DNA of 63,813 nucleotides, filler included, from Diploschistes diacapsis (Eukaryota), in assembly GCA_023645945.1 (NCBI GenBank). It is 19 parts of 19 records of this genome, joined end to end, with 100 filler letters (N's around TTAATTAATTAA, not from the genome) between each part and the next. Parts side by side here need not be neighbours in the genome. Positions count along the whole stretch, not along the records: positions 61,738 to 63,813 come from JALAIB010002387.1; 18 more parts are not named here. One strand, given 5' to 3'. The notes beneath the pieces are model-generated. The model saw only the letters and a program-made list of their open reading frames with translations, made no database searches and had not been told where the DNA came from. Of the stretch, positions 61,991 to 63,813 are shown one piece after another (within the stretch, counting starts at the first letter, position 1; every line of letters starts with the position of its first letter). The position numbers and the translations under genes are program-made.

Positions 61991-62499
61991 TGGGTAGCGT
62001 GAGGGGAAGAATTGATATCATAGAAACCTAAGGGACTATAATTATGATAAGATAGAATAAGATAGAGTCTATTTATTTATTTATATGGCCGTTCGGTTAC
62101 TTGCTAGCTGGTTAGTCTGTTAGTTTTATAATAAGTTTGCTTTTTTGTTTATCTGTCTAGTACTTATTTACATGCTTGCTTATTTATTTTTTTATGTGAT
62201 TAATCTTTTTACTTTATGCTTTCTTGCTTGCTTTATGTTTATGTATTGATTTGCCTGCTTATTTCTTACTTACTTGCTTACTATCGTTTGTCTAAGAAGT
62301 ATGATCGAAGAAGAAATAGGAGAAAAAAGAAGGCGGCGGACGTGCTACCTGATATAATTGCCTGAAAGAATACCTATAGATGAGATAAATACAGCGGAAA
62401 TTAAGAATGGTTTTGAATAATTACCGCCTTATTATCTAGCTAATAGAACGGAATATGATATAAATATAATAGAAATTAGAAATGTCTTTAAATAATTAC

Positions 62500-63813
62500 C
62501 GCTTTTCTATCCTCATGATTCGAGAGAATGGAATATAAAAGATTAAGTTTAACAACGCTATTACGTCTAGGAGCACTGTCACGTCGAGAAAAAAATATTA
62601 AAGAAAATAGGCCTCTAAGTATTACCGTTGCTTAGAAGATATAAAACTACGTTAGAATAAAAAAATAGCGGGATTTAAGTTTCTTATTAATAAGATTTAT
62701 ATAGAATTCGCTATAAAACAACGAACTATTAAAAGAGAAGATCGTATATAAACATAAAAATAAATTATAGATTTAATAAGGGGCGAGTCCTTTAAAACAG
62801 TTCTATATAAAAAAATCTATTAAGTAATTCTAGACAATCAATACATCTTATATCTCACAAATGTCCTATTTAGGTATGCTGTTGACTACGAGATCACATT
62901 ACATTCCCCTACTACACCACCTGCGACTATTTACCTACTACAGCAAGGGAAGTCTCCCTAGACAGCGCGCCTTGTGTTTATAATAAGAACGACGCTTTGG
63001 GAAAAAACGCGGTAAGATTACTTTATAAGATGATTAACGGTATCCTATATTTTAATAATTTTACCGTAAGATATCGTCTTTGCGTACCTTCTTTGTTCGA
63101 AACAAGATTCTTTAAATAAGTTTACGATAATAATAAGTATTTAAAATATACACGATCGTATTAAAGACTGACGGAATAATATTATATTTAAGATTTATCG
63201 AAGAAGCTTCGGGAATACATACAATTTTATTTAATATGTTAGATTAATAAGATATAAAGATATAAGCCGTATAGGTTTTTATAATCGATCCCGGCGCCGG
63301 TTAGGTTATTCCATATTATCATTATTAACTTCATATTAAAGTTATTTATTACGAAAGATAATTACGATGGGATATTATTAATTACGAACAAGTTCACGAA
63401 GGCCATTTCTTTGATTACGGGTAAAAAAGTATGGTCTGCTGGAAGATGGGTTATAACGCTAGTTTATAAACTGAGGCTCGTGAATTGGAACCTGTTTCGC
63501 GTATTGATTTCGGATAGAGATCTAAAGTTTTTGTCGGATTTTTGGAAAGTAATCTTGAAGGAATTATAGATAACGGGCTTTGTCTCGACTGCCTATTACT
63601 TATAAACGGATGGATCTTTAGAACGGATAAATTAAACAGTCGAGATAGTATTTCGTTATCATATTAATTAAGTGTAAGATGAACGTAACTGGATATTAGA
63701 ACTAGCGAGAATATAATTTACGATTAATAACTTAACAAATTTTAATATTATTAAATTGTTTCCTTTTGAGATACTCTACGGCTTTCGTTTACGCGAATCG
63801 TTTGATTTAATAA
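62500..63813 (+). mobile_element. Gypsy RNase H-integrase fragment (RIP-degenerate)
   Basis: RLCVP, HKPY.F..PIP-like, ISDRDLKFLSDFW, TAYY..TDGS.ER motifs. Confidence 0.82.

Noticed and set aside
61809..62021. Proline-rich 70-aa ORF
   Set aside because: Translation of a GGA/GAA low-complexity tract

Overview
Filamentous-ascomycete (Pezizomycotina-type) genomic DNA, and not a contiguous locus. It is 19 assembly contigs joined by 18 artificial 100-nt spacers (N-run/TTAATTAATTAA/N-run). Eighteen contigs are ~2.1 kb, in descending size order, and one is 24.4 kb (21928-46374). The large contig is ordinary euchromatin: a PLP serine-racemase/dehydratase gene, ILV5, ICL1, a PhyH dioxygenase, a conserved hypothetical, an FLC/Pkd2 TRP-like channel, a 12-intron HAS1, and a large low-complexity conserved protein. 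Most small contigs are AT-rich, RIP-mutated nests of Gypsy, Copia and pogo/Fot1 relics. Others carry RPL15, an orphan gene, a hemerythrin pseudogene, a C2H2 zinc-finger pseudogene or a RIP-destroyed SNF2-like helicase. Most notable: (1) a complete 1.3-kb non-autonomous LTR element with a Tf1-type self-priming PBS shared with an autonomous chromovirus family; (2) a multi-copy hAT-type MITE built from ACACGG repeats with an 8-bp TSD; (3) an oversized, hairpin-rich HAS1 intron with a candidate poison exon. I cannot show from sequence alone that any of these is a new system. No database searches were run; family calls rest on recognised motifs.
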